From contig CANRPE010000003.1 in assembly GCA_947632405.1 (NCBI GenBank), positions 322 through 64,321 of the forward strand: a stretch of 64,000 bases of DNA, in the 5' to 3' direction. The position numbers and the translations under genes are program-made. Positions within the stretch are counted from its first letter, which is position 1, and each line of letters opens with the position of its first letter. Shown in pieces: positions 46,479 to 57,674 of the stretch. A model generated the notes under the pieces. The model was given only the letters and a program-made list of their open reading frames with translations, made no database searches and was not told the origin of the DNA. This DNA comes from an uncultured Bacilli bacterium (GTDB lineage Bacteria; Bacillota_I; Bacilli_A; RF39; UBA660).

Positions 46479-48843
46479 AGAAGAAAATTCAATTAAAAGA
46501 AGACCAATGCGTGGACCTGGTGCAAGAATGAATTTTGAAAAAGCTAAAGATTTTAAAGGTTCAATGTTACGTCTAATTAAAGAATTAAAAAGTTTTAAAT
46601 TCGTGATTTTATTTTCTCTTACTTTAGCTATTTTAGGTTCAATTTTATCAATTTTAGCACCTAATCGTCTATCAGATTTAACAGATGAAATTTCAAAAGG
46701 ATTAGTTATAAATACTAAAAATATAAAAACTATTACTACAAAAATTACTAATAATTTTAATGAAGAAAAGATGAAAGTAGTTTTGCCTAGTATTTTACAA
46801 ATAAATATAAATCAATCTAAAATATTAGAAATTATGAATTCTAATGAACTTAGTTTAGAAGATAAAAAAATATTTTCTGATAAGTTAGCTAGTATTTCGA
46901 CAAACGATTATAATCAAATGATAAAAACTATTTTAGAACTTCCATCTAGTATTCAAAAACTTCTTTTACCAACTACTTCTTATAAAAATGTTGAATTTAC
47001 AACTAATGATAAACTTGATTTATTAAAGATAACAGATCAAATGAAAACAAAAAAAACATCTAATTTAAAATTACCTAAAGCAATTTATCAAGTATTATTA
47101 GAAGATATAGTTATAGATAAAACTACAATTACTGTTAATGATCAAATTAAATTTTTAGATATTATGATGGATTCTATAGATAAAAAAAATAGTGATGTTA
47201 ATAAATTGTATAAAAAAATAGATTTATTACCTAAGAATGTAAAAAAGGTAATAGAGCCAAAAATGAATTTAGAAAAAATTAAAAAATTTGCATTATTACT
47301 TGCAATCTTATATATTTGTAGTGCTTTATTTAATTATATTGAATCAATTTGTATGACAACTGTGTCTAATAGATTTGCTCAAAAATTAAGAAGAAAAATA
47401 TCTACGAAAATTAATAAATTGCCATTAAAATATTTTGATTCTCACTCAACTGGTGATATTTTATCTCGTGTTACTAATGATATTGATACTATTGCTCAGT
47501 CAATGAATCATTCTTTAGCAACTTTAGTTAGTGCTATTACTTTATTTTTAGGAACTTTAATTATGATGTTCTATACTAATGCAGTTATGGCTATTACTGC
47601 TGTTGTAGCAAGTTTATTTGGGTTTGTTTTTATGTCTTTAGTATTAAAAAAGTCACAAAAATATTTTATTTCTAGACAAAAAGAATTAGGTGCCTTAAAC
47701 GGTCATATTGAAGAAATTTATTCTGGCTTGAATGTTGTTAAAGCTTATAATGGTATTGAAAAAGCAGAACAAGAATTTGATATTTTAAATAAAAAATTAT
47801 ATACTGCTAATCAAAAGAGCCAGTTTTTATCAGGTTTAATGATGCCTATGATGAATTTTATTGGTAATTTTGGTTATGTTGCTGTTTGTATTGTAGGATC
47901 TTTATTGGTAACAAATGATTACATTACTTTTGGAGTTATAGTTGCTTTTATAACATATGTTAGATTGTTTACTTCTCCATTATCACAAATTGCTCAATCA
48001 ATGACATCAATGCAATCAACTGTTGCATCTGCAGAGCGTGTTTTTGAATTTGTCGATGAAGAAGAAATGACTCAAGAAGATAATAGTAAAATTTATCTTG
48101 AAAGAAACGAAGTTAAGGGTAAAATTTCTTTTGAACATGTTGTATTTCAATATGCTGGCAATGATGCTCCAACAATAAAAGATTTTAGTGTAAATGTATC
48201 CCCTGGTCAAAAAGTAGCTATAGTTGGACCAACAGGAGCAGGAAAAACTACAATGGTTAATTTATTGATGAAATTTTATGATATTACACAAGGTGATATT
48301 AAAATTGATAATATTTCAATTAAAGATTTAACTAGAGAAAATATTCATTCATTATTTACAATGGTATTGCAAGATACTTGGCTTTTTTCTGGAACAGTTA
48401 AAGAAAATATTATTTATAATCGAAAAAATGTAAGTGATGAAAAAGTAAAAGAAGTATGTAAAACAGTAGGCTTAGATCATTTTATTAAAACTTTACCTCA
48501 TGGTTATAATTCAAAAATATCTGATAATGATAGCGTTTCAGCAGGACAAAGACAATTACTTACTATTGCTAGAGGTATGATTGAAGATTCACCTTTCTTA
48601 ATTTTAGATGAAGCTACATCTAATGTTGATACTAGAACAGAAGAATTAGTACAAAAAGCTATGGATAAATTAACAGAAGGAAAAACATCTTTCATTATTG
48701 CTCATCGTTTATCTACTATTAAGAATGCTGATATTATTCTTGTAATGAAAGAAGGAAATATCATTGAGCAAGGAAACCATGAACAACTAATGAAACAAAA
48801 TGGTTTTTATGCTGATTTATATAATTCTCAATTTGAACTATAA
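46471..48843 (+). CDS. ABC exporter, fused permease/ATPase (heterodimer subunit 2) with ~200-aa insertion after TM1
   Basis: GPTGAGKTT, VSAGQRQLLTIARG, FLILDEATSNVD. 790 aa. The extra K/N/I-rich segment (about aa 75-275) lies between the first and second predicted TM helices. Confidence 0.85.
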   Translation: MNKEENSIKRRPMRGPGARMNFEKAKDFKGSMLRLIKELKSFKFVILFSLTLAILGSILSILAPNRLSDLTDEISKGLVINTKNIKTITTKITNNFNEEKMKVVLPSILQININQSKILEIMNSNELSLEDKKIFSDKLASISTNDYNQMIKTILELPSSIQKLLLPTTSYKNVEFTTNDKLDLLKITDQMKTKKTSNLKLPKAIYQVLLEDIVIDKTTITVNDQIKFLDIMMDSIDKKNSDVNKLYKKIDLLPKNVKKVIEPKMNLEKIKKFALLLAILYICSALFNYIESICMTTVSNRFAQKLRRKISTKINKLPLKYFDSHSTGDILSRVTNDIDTIAQSMNHSLATLVSAITLFLGTLIMMFYTNAVMAITAVVASLFGFVFMSLVLKKSQKYFISRQKELGALNGHIEEIYSGLNVVKAYNGIEKAEQEFDILNKKLYTANQKSQFLSGLMMPMMNFIGNFGYVAVCIVGSLLVTNDYITFGVIVAFITYVRLFTSPLSQIAQSMTSMQSTVASAERVFEFVDEEEMTQEDNSKIYLERNEVKGKISFEHVVFQYAGNDAPTIKDFSVNVSPGQKVAIVGPTGAGKTTMVNLLMKFYDITQGDIKIDNISIKDLTRENIHSLFTMVLQDTWLFSGTVKENIIYNRKNVSDEKVKEVCKTVGLDHFIKTLPHGYNSKISDNDSVSAGQRQLLTIARGMIEDSPFLILDEATSNVDTRTEELVQKAMDKLTEGKTSFIIAHRLSTIKNADIILVMKEGNIIEQGNHEQLMKQNGFYADLYNSQFEL

Positions 48844-48923
48844 TTAAGTTTTATTTATGTAAAATATAGTATAATCATTTGAAGAAAACTATAACTTATG
48901 TTATAGTTTAATAGGTGATATAT

Positions 48924-49448
48924 ATGAAAATAGAAACGGTTGTTACTGGTTCACTAGAAGAAAATTGCTATATTTTAATCAAGGAAAATAATTGTTTAAT
49001 AATTGACCCAGGAGATGATTATCCGCTAATTAAAGAAAAAATAGGTAATAATAAAGTCTTAGGAGTTTTAATTACACATTCTCATTTTGATCATATTGGA
49101 GCATTAAGAAATTTTTTGAAAAATAGAAGTGTTAAAATATTTAAAAAGAGTAATGTTTCCGAGCAAAATTATGTCATTGGACCTTTTGAATTTGAGTGTA
49201 TTAATACGCCAGGACATTCAAGTGATTCTATAAGTTTTTATTTTAGCCAAGAAAAGGCAATGTTTGTAGGTGATTTTGTTTTTAAAGGAAGTATTGGTCG
49301 TTGTGATTTGCCAACAGGTGACTTTAAGCAAATGCAACAAAGTATAGAAAAAATTAAAGCCTATCCAGATGATATAACATTATATAATGGACATGGTTTA
49401 GAAACTACTTTAAAAATAGAGAAAGAAAATAATCCATATTTTAATTAA
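48924..49448 (+). CDS. MBL-fold metallo-hydrolase
   Basis: ITHSHFDHIG motif. About 175 aa. Confidence 0.8.
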   Translation: MKIETVVTGSLEENCYILIKENNCLIIDPGDDYPLIKEKIGNNKVLGVLITHSHFDHIGALRNFLKNRSVKIFKKSNVSEQNYVIGPFEFECINTPGHSSDSISFYFSQEKAMFVGDFVFKGSIGRCDLPTGDFKQMQQSIEKIKAYPDDITLYNGHGLETTLKIEKENNPYFN

Positions 49449-49529
49449 ATTAGAAAAGGATTTCTTTTTAATAATATTGAAATTATTGTCATTTTTTGGT
49501 ATAATCCAAAAACAAGGGATGGGTGATAT

Positions 49530-51326
49530 ATGATACAAGAAAATATTAGAAATTTTTGCATTATTGCTCATATTGATCATGGAAAAAGTACCTTAGCCGA
49601 TCGTATTTTAGAAAAAACAGGAGCTATTTCTAAATATGAATTAAAAGAACAGATGCTTGATAGTATGGACATAGAAAGGGAACGTGGAATAACTATTAAA
49701 TTAAATGCTGTACAAATAAAGTATCAAACCAATGATCAAACTTATTTTTTAAATCTTATTGATACCCCTGGTCATGTTGATTTTTCTTATGAGGTTTCCC
49801 GTAGTTTAGCGGCATGTGAAGGTGCATTGCTTGTTATTGATGCTTCACAAGGAATCGAAGCACAGACTTTGGCCAATTTATATTTAGCATTAGATAATAA
49901 TTTAACTATTATTCCTGTAATAAATAAGATTGATTTACCTAATGCTGATGTTTTAAAAGTAACACAAGAGTTAGAAAATATTGGTTTTAATAAGGAAGAA
50001 ATTATTTTAACAAGTGCTAAAACAGGAGTTGGAATTGATGAACTTTTAGAGGCAATTATAAATAAAATTCCTTCACCAAATGGTCAAAAAAAATTACCGT
50101 TAAGTGCTTTGATTTTTGATAGTATTTTTGATTCTTATAAAGGAGTAATTACAAGTATTAGAATTGTTGATGGAACAATTAAAGTAGGAGATACAATCAA
50201 GATGATGAAAACTAACGCTACTTATGAAGTACTATCGCTTAGTATTAATACTCCTCATGAACAAGAAGTAAAGGAACTATCTGCTGGTGAAGTAGGTTAT
50301 TTATATGCATCTATTAAAAGTTTAGAGGATGTGAAAGTAGGAGATACTATTACACTTCTTAATAATCCAACTTCAAAAGCTCTGCCAGGTTATAAAGAAA
50401 TGAAACCTATGGTTTATTGTGGTATCTATCCAATTGAATCAAATAAATATGAAGATTTAAGAGAAGCCTTAGAAAAATTAAAATTGAATGATGCTTCTTT
50501 AGTATTTGAACCTGAAACATCTAAGGCATTAGGTTTTGGCTTTCGTTGTGGTTTTCTTGGTTTACTTCATATGGAAATTATTGAAGAACGTATTGAAAGA
50601 GAGTTTCATATTGATATTATTGCAACTTCGCCGTCAGTTATTTATGAAGTGCTTTTAACTGATCACAAAAAAGTTGTAATTGATTCGCCAACAAAGATGC
50701 CAGATCGAAGTGTTATTGCTAAAACATATGAACCATTTGTTAAAGTAAGTATTTATTCACCAAAAGAATATATTGGGGCAATTATGGAATTATGCCAAGA
50801 TCGAAGGGGTATTTTTAACAATATGGATTATTTAAATGATACACGAGTCACCATTTATTATCAGTTACCTTTATCAGAAATTGTTTATGATTTTTTTGAT
50901 AAGTTAAAATCTTGTACGAAAGGTTATGCTTCCTTTGATTATGAATTTATTGGTTATATTGAAAGTAATCTTGTGAAGATGGATATTTTACTTAATGGTG
51001 AGATTGTTGATGCTTTATCAGTTGTTGTTCATAAGGATTATGCATATAAACGAGGTAAACTTGTCGTTGAAAAATTAAAAGAAATAATTCCAAGGCAATT
51101 ATTTGAAGTACCAATCCAAGCTGCTATTGGCACTCATGTAATTGCAAGGTGTGATATTAAAGCACTTCGAAAAAATGTATTAGCCAAGTGTTATGGTGGC
51201 GACGTTAGTCGAAAGAAAAAATTATTAGAAAAACAAAAAGCTGGGAAGAAAAGAATGAAGCAAATAGGAAGTGTAGAAGTTCCTCAAGAAGCTTTTTTAT
51301 CAATTCTTTCCACTTCAGAAAAATAG
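49530..51326 (+). CDS. lepA: translation elongation factor 4 (LepA)
   Basis: [28 protein letters not shown], and the LepA-specific C-terminal domain. Confidence 0.95.
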   Translation: MIQENIRNFCIIAHIDHGKSTLADRILEKTGAISKYELKEQMLDSMDIERERGITIKLNAVQIKYQTNDQTYFLNLIDTPGHVDFSYEVSRSLAACEGALLVIDASQGIEAQTLANLYLALDNNLTIIPVINKIDLPNADVLKVTQELENIGFNKEEIILTSAKTGVGIDELLEAIINKIPSPNGQKKLPLSALIFDSIFDSYKGVITSIRIVDGTIKVGDTIKMMKTNATYEVLSLSINTPHEQEVKELSAGEVGYLYASIKSLEDVKVGDTITLLNNPTSKALPGYKEMKPMVYCGIYPIESNKYEDLREALEKLKLNDASLVFEPETSKALGFGFRCGFLGLLHMEIIEERIEREFHIDIIATSPSVIYEVLLTDHKKVVIDSPTKMPDRSVIAKTYEPFVKVSIYSPKEYIGAIMELCQDRRGIFNNMDYLNDTRVTIYYQLPLSEIVYDFFDKLKSCTKGYASFDYEFIGYIESNLVKMDILLNGEIVDALSVVVHKDYAYKRGKLVVEKLKEIIPRQLFEVPIQAAIGTHVIARCDIKALRKNVLAKCYGGDVSRKKKLLEKQKAGKKRMKQIGSVEVPQEAFLSILSTSEK

Positions 51327-51335
51327 GAGGTTTTT

Positions 51336-51851
51336 ATGAAATATACAGTAAATTATTCAACATTATTATTAAATACACTATTAGATACTATAAAAAGGGA
51401 AAATCGTAGAACTATTGATGGCACAGATATAATTAATTTTGAAAAAATAATTCATAATTTTGTCAAGCCATTTAATTATTCTATAGAATTTGATACTTTA
51501 TCAAATTCAGAATTAGAAAAATTAAAACAATTTATTCATATCGAAGAAAGTGCTAATAAAGAAACTTATACTTTACTTCCTTGGATAAGTGAACAAGAAT
51601 TAGAAGAAAGTTTAACTAATACTCTTTTTGATGATATGAGTAGTATTTATCAAATAACTGAAAAAGAATTATTACTAAAAAGAAATCGTAATGAAGTATT
51701 TAATTTAAAAGAAGTAGAAAAAAAAGTAAATGACAATTATTTAAATTCTTCTACTAAAACTATTAGTTTATTAGAAGAACAGAAGATTTTTGAAGAAGCT
51801 AAACTTCAAAAAATACAAAATACTATTGCAAATGCAAGTAAAAGAAAATGA
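51336..51851 (+). CDS. hypothetical protein
   Basis: 171-aa ORF coupled to hemW through an ATGA overlap. No motif recognised. Confidence 0.5.
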   Translation: MKYTVNYSTLLLNTLLDTIKRENRRTIDGTDIINFEKIIHNFVKPFNYSIEFDTLSNSELEKLKQFIHIEESANKETYTLLPWISEQELEESLTNTLFDDMSSIYQITEKELLLKRNRNEVFNLKEVEKKVNDNYLNSSTKTISLLEEQKIFEEAKLQKIQNTIANASKRK

Positions 51852-52936
51852 TAAAACATACTTATATTCATATTCCATTTTGTCATAGTATTTGTTCATA
51901 TTGCAGTTTTTGTAAAATTCTATATAATCATAAATATGTTAAACTTTATTTAGAAGCACTTAAAAATGAGTTAAATCATATCTATCAAGGTGAAATACAA
52001 GAGACAATTTATATTGGTGGAGGAACACCATCAGTATTAGATGTGAATGAATTAGAACAATTATTTAAGATATTATCTAAATTAAAGAAAGATACTTTTA
52101 CTGAATATACAATCGAATGTAATTTTTCATCTTTAAATTTAGAAAAACTTTTACTTTTTAAAAAATATGGAATTAATCGATTAAGTTTTGGGATTGAATC
52201 TATTTCAGATAAAAATTTAAAATTATTGGAAAGAGAAGAACAAAAAAACCAAATAGTTGAATTAATTAAACTAGCACGAAAATTAGGATTTAATAATATT
52301 AATTTAGATTTAATGTATGCTATTCCAAAAGAAACAATGTCTAATTTAGATGAAGATCTAGAATTTATAATGAATTTAAATCCTGAACATATTTCAACTT
52401 ATTCATGTATGATTGAACCTAATACCAAATTATATTTAAATAAGGTTAAAGCAATAGATGAAGATTTAGACTTTAAAATGTATCAAAAAATATGTAATAA
52501 ATTAAAGAAGAAATATATTCACTACGAAATTAGTAATTTTGCTAAAGAACAGTATCAATCTAAGCATAACTTAGGTTATTGGAAAAATGAAGAATATTAT
52601 GGTTTTGGTGTTAGCGCATCATCATATCGAAATAATTCAAGATATACTAATACCAAAAGTATTACAAAATATATTAAAGGGGAATATGATTATTATCATG
52701 AATTATTAGATAAAAGTGATAAAATGAGTTATGAAATGATCTTAGGTTTAAGATTATTAGAAGGAGTATCGAAAAAGAATTTTTTTAATAAATTTCAACA
52801 AGATATAAAAGATAGTTTTGATATTGATTCATTATTAGAAAAAAAACTATTAAATGAATCAAAAACACATTATTATATTAATGAAAAAGATTTATATATT
52901 AGTAATTCTATATTAGTAGAATTTATAAAGGAGTAG
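51848..52936 (+). CDS. hemW: radical SAM heme chaperone HemW (HemN-like, oxygen-independent coproporphyrinogen oxidase family)
   Basis: IHIPFCHSICSYCSF (CxxxCxxC). Located after lepA, as in many Bacillota. Confidence 0.85.
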   Translation: MIKHTYIHIPFCHSICSYCSFCKILYNHKYVKLYLEALKNELNHIYQGEIQETIYIGGGTPSVLDVNELEQLFKILSKLKKDTFTEYTIECNFSSLNLEKLLLFKKYGINRLSFGIESISDKNLKLLEREEQKNQIVELIKLARKLGFNNINLDLMYAIPKETMSNLDEDLEFIMNLNPEHISTYSCMIEPNTKLYLNKVKAIDEDLDFKMYQKICNKLKKKYIHYEISNFAKEQYQSKHNLGYWKNEEYYGFGVSASSYRNNSRYTNTKSITKYIKGEYDYYHELLDKSDKMSYEMILGLRLLEGVSKKNFFNKFQQDIKDSFDIDSLLEKKLLNESKTHYYINEKDLYISNSILVEFIKE

Positions 52937-52938
52937 AA

Positions 52939-53520
52939 ATGGATTGTTTAGAAGTTTTTAAAAATGAAATTAGTTATATTAAAAATGAAAATATTAAAGA
53001 GGCATTAATTTATATGATTAAGAAGTTGCCTAAATATTTTTTTGAGGTAGAAGCATCATCAACTGGTAAATATCATCCTAAATATGCACTTGGGGAAGGT
53101 GGTTTACTACGTCATACTAAAGCAGCTGTTAGAATTGGATTTGAATTATTACAAAATCCAATAATTGGTGATAAATATTCAAGTGATGAAAAAGATTTAA
53201 TGCTAGTAGGTCTATTACTTCATGATGGACTAAAATTAGGAAAAGACAAAGAAAAATACACTAGATTTGACCATCCTATTTTAATGGCAAATTATATTGA
53301 AGAAGAAAAAGCTAATTTAAAAATAAGTGATGAACAAAGAAAATTACTTTGTGATGTAATTAAAACACATATGGGAGTTTGGACTAAGGATTATGATGGT
53401 AATGAAGTTTTAGAAAAACCAAAAACTAAATATCAGAATTTTGTTCATATGTGTGATTATTTAGCAAGTAGAAAATGTATATTGTTGCCTTTTGATGAAA
53501 ATAATAATATTAATGTGTAA
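52939..53520 (+). CDS. HD-domain protein
   Basis: STGKYHP...LLRHTKAAV...LLLHDGLK pattern (H...HD). Confidence 0.6.
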   Translation: MDCLEVFKNEISYIKNENIKEALIYMIKKLPKYFFEVEASSTGKYHPKYALGEGGLLRHTKAAVRIGFELLQNPIIGDKYSSDEKDLMLVGLLLHDGLKLGKDKEKYTRFDHPILMANYIEEEKANLKISDEQRKLLCDVIKTHMGVWTKDYDGNEVLEKPKTKYQNFVHMCDYLASRKCILLPFDENNNINV

Positions 53521-53608
53521 ATATATGTAAAATATATTTTAAAATTATTTATTTTCTTGTAAGAGTTAAACTTATTTGTTATTTTATTTATAGTAGGAGA
53601 GTGATTAC

Positions 53609-54202
53609 ATGAACCAAGAAAAAAATAAAAATAAAAAAGAAATTATTGTCATGACACTTTCAGTAGTTATCTTAATTGTAGCTGTAATCGGAATTTCTTA
53701 TTCTATTTGGACACAAACTTTCATGGGTACAAAAGAAAATAGTATTAATACAGGATATATTTCTTTTTCTTATACAGAAAGTAATACTAATGTAATAGAA
53801 ATTAAAGATGCTGTTCCTATTTCAGATGAAAATGGAAAAAAATTAACTGGTAATACTAATATGTTTGACTTTACAGTTTCTGCTAAATATGCAGGTGTAC
53901 CATCTATTGATTATGAAATATATATAACTCCAAGCAAACAAACATTAGAAAGTAAGTATGTAAAAGTTTATTTAACTAATCAAAATGACCAACCATTACC
54001 TGGTTTTGAAAATGAAGTTCCAACCTATGAAAGTCTTATGGATTCAAATATTGATGATTCTAAGGTAGTATATAAATCATCATTAAAAAATTCAAATAGT
54101 TCAGCAGACTATCGTTTAAGAATTTGGGTTAGTTCTGAATATAACGAACCATCTTTATCTAAAGACTTTTCTTTTAAAGTTAATGTTATTGGTGTTGCCT
54201 AA
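53609..54202 (+). CDS. membrane-anchored hypothetical protein
   Basis: N-terminal TM segment followed by a beta-rich-looking extracellular part. No motif recognised. Confidence 0.45.
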   Translation: MNQEKNKNKKEIIVMTLSVVILIVAVIGISYSIWTQTFMGTKENSINTGYISFSYTESNTNVIEIKDAVPISDENGKKLTGNTNMFDFTVSAKYAGVPSIDYEIYITPSKQTLESKYVKVYLTNQNDQPLPGFENEVPTYESLMDSNIDDSKVVYKSSLKNSNSSADYRLRIWVSSEYNEPSLSKDFSFKVNVIGVA

Positions 54203-54302
54203 AATAAATAGTAGATATTCTACTTTTTTATTTTGAATTATTAAAAAAGAAAGGAGTTAATCAATTATAGAACAGGTATTTTTATAATTGATTAGATTGC
54301 TT

Positions 54303-54977
54303 ATGAGAGGAAAAATTATTGTTATTGAAGGAACAGATTGTTCTGGAAAAGAAACTCAATCAAAATTATTAGAAAAACACTTAAAGGAAAAGAATGTTGC
54401 ATGTATAAGGTTTGAATTTCCAAATTATGAAAGTCCTACTGGTAAAATAGTAGGTGGTGCCTATCTTGGAAAAGAAGAAATATCAGAATCATATTTTAAA
54501 GAAGGTGCAACTAATGTAGATCCACATATTGCATGTTTATATTATGCAGCAGATAGAAAATATAATATTTCTAAGATTGAAAAATATTTGGAGCAAGGCT
54601 ATTTTGTTATTATTGATCGTTATACAACTTCTAATATGGCTCATCAAGGTGGAAAAATTCACGATAAAGATGAACGATTTAATATGTATCAATGGATTGA
54701 TAAATTGGAATTTTGGTTATTGAATTTACCAAAGCCTGATAAAACAATTTTTTTGCATATGCCATATGAATATGCTGCTACTTTAAAAAAGAATCGTATC
54801 CATTTAGATGAGCATGAAAAATCTGAAGAACATTTAAAAAACGCCGAAGAAGCATATGTAGAATTATCAGAACTATACCATTGGGATAGTATTGAATGTG
54901 TAGAAAATAATAAGATTAAAAGTATTGAGCAAATAAATAGTGAAATAATAAAAAAACTAGAAGATATAATAAAATAA
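54303..54977 (+). CDS. tmk: thymidylate kinase
   Basis: GKIIVIEGTDCSGKETQSKLL P-loop and DRYTTSNMAHQ. Start set at ATG 54303. Confidence 0.85.
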   Translation: MRGKIIVIEGTDCSGKETQSKLLEKHLKEKNVACIRFEFPNYESPTGKIVGGAYLGKEEISESYFKEGATNVDPHIACLYYAADRKYNISKIEKYLEQGYFVIIDRYTTSNMAHQGGKIHDKDERFNMYQWIDKLEFWLLNLPKPDKTIFLHMPYEYAATLKKNRIHLDEHEKSEEHLKNAEEAYVELSELYHWDSIECVENNKIKSIEQINSEIIKKLEDIIK

Positions 54978-54983
54978 CACACT

Positions 54984-56939
54984 TTATGGCGTGTTATTTT
55001 TTGTTTCAGAAACAATTTTTGGCATTGCTGAATCAATATCATTATCATCATTATTAGTATCAAAATTAATATCATCATCAGTGCTATCAGTATCATTGTC
55101 AGTGTCAATATCAATGTCAATGTCATTGTTATCATTATAATCATCATTATTATTAGTATCAGTATTAGCATCATCATCTTTGTAGTCATCATAATAATCA
55201 TCGAGTTCTACTAAAGTTGGATCTTGTTCGATTTCTTCATTTTCAATGATTTTAGGTTCAGAAGTTGGTTGATTAATTTCTACTTCAAATTTAGGTAATT
55301 CAATTAAAGTAGGTTCACTGTCATTATCTTGATCATTTTCGTGAGATTGATTTAATAAGGATTGAGTATTTGCTGAAATCATTGGAGCTGCTGTACTAGA
55401 TACAATTTGAGGTTCACTATCATCTAAATAATTATATAGTTGAGGTCCTTCTTGATTTTTATCTTCTTCTTCTGATAAATTATTTGGAATTTCAGTATCA
55501 ATTAATGGTTGTGTTGAATCAGTAGTAGTAAAGTTATCTATATTATCATCTAAATTATTTTGATTATCTAATTGTTCTTCACTAGATTCCATTTCATTTT
55601 CTTCATTATTATTACTTATTAATGCTTGAATACTAGATGATACAACTTCATTGTTATCTATTTTAGGTGTTTCTTCCTCACCATCATTATTATCAGTAGT
55701 TTCTTCTTTATTTTCCTCTAATATTTTTTTATTATAATTATCAGTAACGTCAGAATCTATTTCAATAATTCTATATATTTCTTCAAATGAAGTAATTCCA
55801 TCTAAAACTTTATATAGACCATCTTGCAATAACGTAATGACATTATCTGTATATACTAAATTTTTAAGTTCTTCTTTAGTTAGATTTTCATTATTAATAG
55901 CTAAACGAATATCATCATCTATCTCTAAAACCTCTTGAATTGCAATACGTCCTTTATAACCATTATGACATTCACTACAACCATCATGATTAGCATCATA
56001 AATTGAATCAATATCTTTATCTAATACGCACATAAATATCTTTTTTTCATATTCTGTTGGTTCACGTGTAATTCGACATTTTGTACATATTTTTTTTGCT
56101 AGACGTTGTGAAATAATTCCAGTTAGAGCAGATGATAGTAAATAACGTTCAACATCCATATCTAAAAGTCTTTCAATTGTAGATAAAGAATTATTTGTAT
56201 GGATAGTTGATAAAACAAAGTGTCCAGTTATTGAAGCTCTAACAGCAATTTTAGCTGTTTCTGAATCACGAATTTCTCCAATTAGTATAACGTTTGGATC
56301 TTGTCTTAATATTGATCTTAAAACTGTTGCAAAGTCAAGACCAATTTCACTATTTACTTGAACTTGATTTAATCCTTCAATATTCATTTCAACGGGATCT
56401 TCTACTGTAATAATGTTTACTTCTTTACGATTTAAAGTTTGTAAAATTGAGTAAGTTGTTGTACTTTTACCAGAACCAGTAGCACCAGTAACTAGGACAA
56501 TTCCATTAGGTACAGCAATCATTCTTTTTAATTTTTCATAATTAGTATGAGAAAAACCAAGATTTTCTAATCCTTCCAAGCTCATAGAATAATCTAAAAT
56601 ACGAATAACTATTTTTTCGCCTTCATTTGTTGGCAAGCTTGAAACACGCATATCAAGAAATAAATTTCCAAATTTACCTTTAATAGAACCATCTTGAGGA
56701 AGACGGCTTTCGGTAATATTCATGTTTGCTAAAAGTTTTAAACGAGTAATAAGATTACGCTCATAATCAACTGGTACTAAAGTATAATCTCTTAAATCTC
56801 CATCAATACGAATTCGTACCATTAATCCATTTTCATGAGGGTCGAAATGGATGTCACTGGCACCATTTTTAGCTGAATACATAATAATATAATCGGCAAT
56901 TTGGGTGATTGGAGTTTTCTTATAATCAAATGTCACCAT
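54984..56939 (-). CDS. GspE/PilB/ComGA-family secretion ATPase with ~250-aa acidic low-complexity C-terminal tail
   Basis: VTGATGSGKSTT Walker A, ILIGEIRD, a tetracysteine zinc motif (CTKC...CSEC). After about aa 395 comes an N/D/E-rich tail ending DIDIDIDTDNDTDSTDDD.... Confidence 0.85.
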   Translation of the reverse strand: MVTFDYKKTPITQIADYIIMYSAKNGASDIHFDPHENGLMVRIRIDGDLRDYTLVPVDYERNLITRLKLLANMNITESRLPQDGSIKGKFGNLFLDMRVSSLPTNEGEKIVIRILDYSMSLEGLENLGFSHTNYEKLKRMIAVPNGIVLVTGATGSGKSTTTYSILQTLNRKEVNIITVEDPVEMNIEGLNQVQVNSEIGLDFATVLRSILRQDPNVILIGEIRDSETAKIAVRASITGHFVLSTIHTNNSLSTIERLLDMDVERYLLSSALTGIISQRLAKKICTKCRITREPTEYEKKIFMCVLDKDIDSIYDANHDGCSECHNGYKGRIAIQEVLEIDDDIRLAINNENLTKEELKNLVYTDNVITLLQDGLYKVLDGITSFEEIYRIIEIDSDVTDNYNKKILEENKEETTDNNDGEEETPKIDNNEVVSSSIQALISNNNEENEMESSEEQLDNQNNLDDNIDNFTTTDSTQPLIDTEIPNNLSEEEDKNQEGPQLYNYLDDSEPQIVSSTAAPMISANTQSLLNQSHENDQDNDSEPTLIELPKFEVEINQPTSEPKIIENEEIEQDPTLVELDDYYDDYKDDDANTDTNNNDDYNDNNDIDIDIDTDNDTDSTDDDINFDTNNDDNDIDSAMPKIVSETKNNTP

Positions 56940-57032
56940 ATTTTCAACCCCTTTTTGGCTACTTTCTATGGTATTTTATCTTTTTTTATTATATAATATA
57001 TTTAGTATAATATCAAGGAGTGAAATCAAAAA

Positions 57033-57674
57033 ATGTTAAAATTAAATAAAAAGGGATTTGCTTTAATTGAGACTTTAGTTGTGACTGTTTTTGTTGCTAC
57101 TATTTTTTCAATGATGTATACAAATTTTTTTCCAATGATGGGTGAGTATGAACGTAGAGAAACATATGATGATATTGATACTATTTATAAAACTTATTTA
57201 ATTAAAAGAATGTTAGAAGACAGTAATTTTTCTGAATTTAAGAAGAATATTAGTAATCTTAAAACTAGTAGTCCTTATTATAAAGAAATTTTTAGTGCTC
57301 AATATGATCCTGTTTATAATAAAGGAGAAATTAACATGAAAAGTCAAGATATTATAAATTCTTGTAATAAATTAACTACTATAAGTGAAAGCAGAACTTA
57401 TTGCCAAAATCTATTTACGGAAATTAAAGCAACTAAAATTTATTTAGCAAGCTATAATATTACTAATTTAAAAAAAGAAATAAAAAAAGGAAGTACTGTT
57501 ATTAGTGGTATAGATAATGAAACACGAGAATATATAAATACACTCCCATATTATATAAATGAAGATATTTGTAATTATCGCATTATTGTAAAATATGCTA
57601 AAGAATTGAATAAAGAAAGTGATCTTGCTGGTACTGTAATTAATAGTTTTACAACGATAGGAGTTAAATTATGA
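57033..57674 (+). CDS. pilin-like protein (prepilin-type N-terminal motif)
   Basis: MLKLNKKGFALIETLVVTVFVATIF: a G|FALIE cleavage/methylation motif. Confidence 0.7.
   Translation: MLKLNKKGFALIETLVVTVFVATIFSMMYTNFFPMMGEYERRETYDDIDTIYKTYLIKRMLEDSNFSEFKKNISNLKTSSPYYKEIFSAQYDPVYNKGEINMKSQDIINSCNKLTTISESRTYCQNLFTEIKATKIYLASYNITNLKKEIKKGSTVISGIDNETREYINTLPYYINEDICNYRIIVKYAKELNKESDLAGTVINSFTTIGVKL

Noticed and set aside
54689-55201. 170-aa minus-strand ORF (MIIMMTTKMMMLILILIIMM...)
   Set aside because: It is an alternative frame of the low-complexity GAT/AAT-rich tail of the secretion ATPase, extending antisense into tmk. The composition is a repeat artefact.
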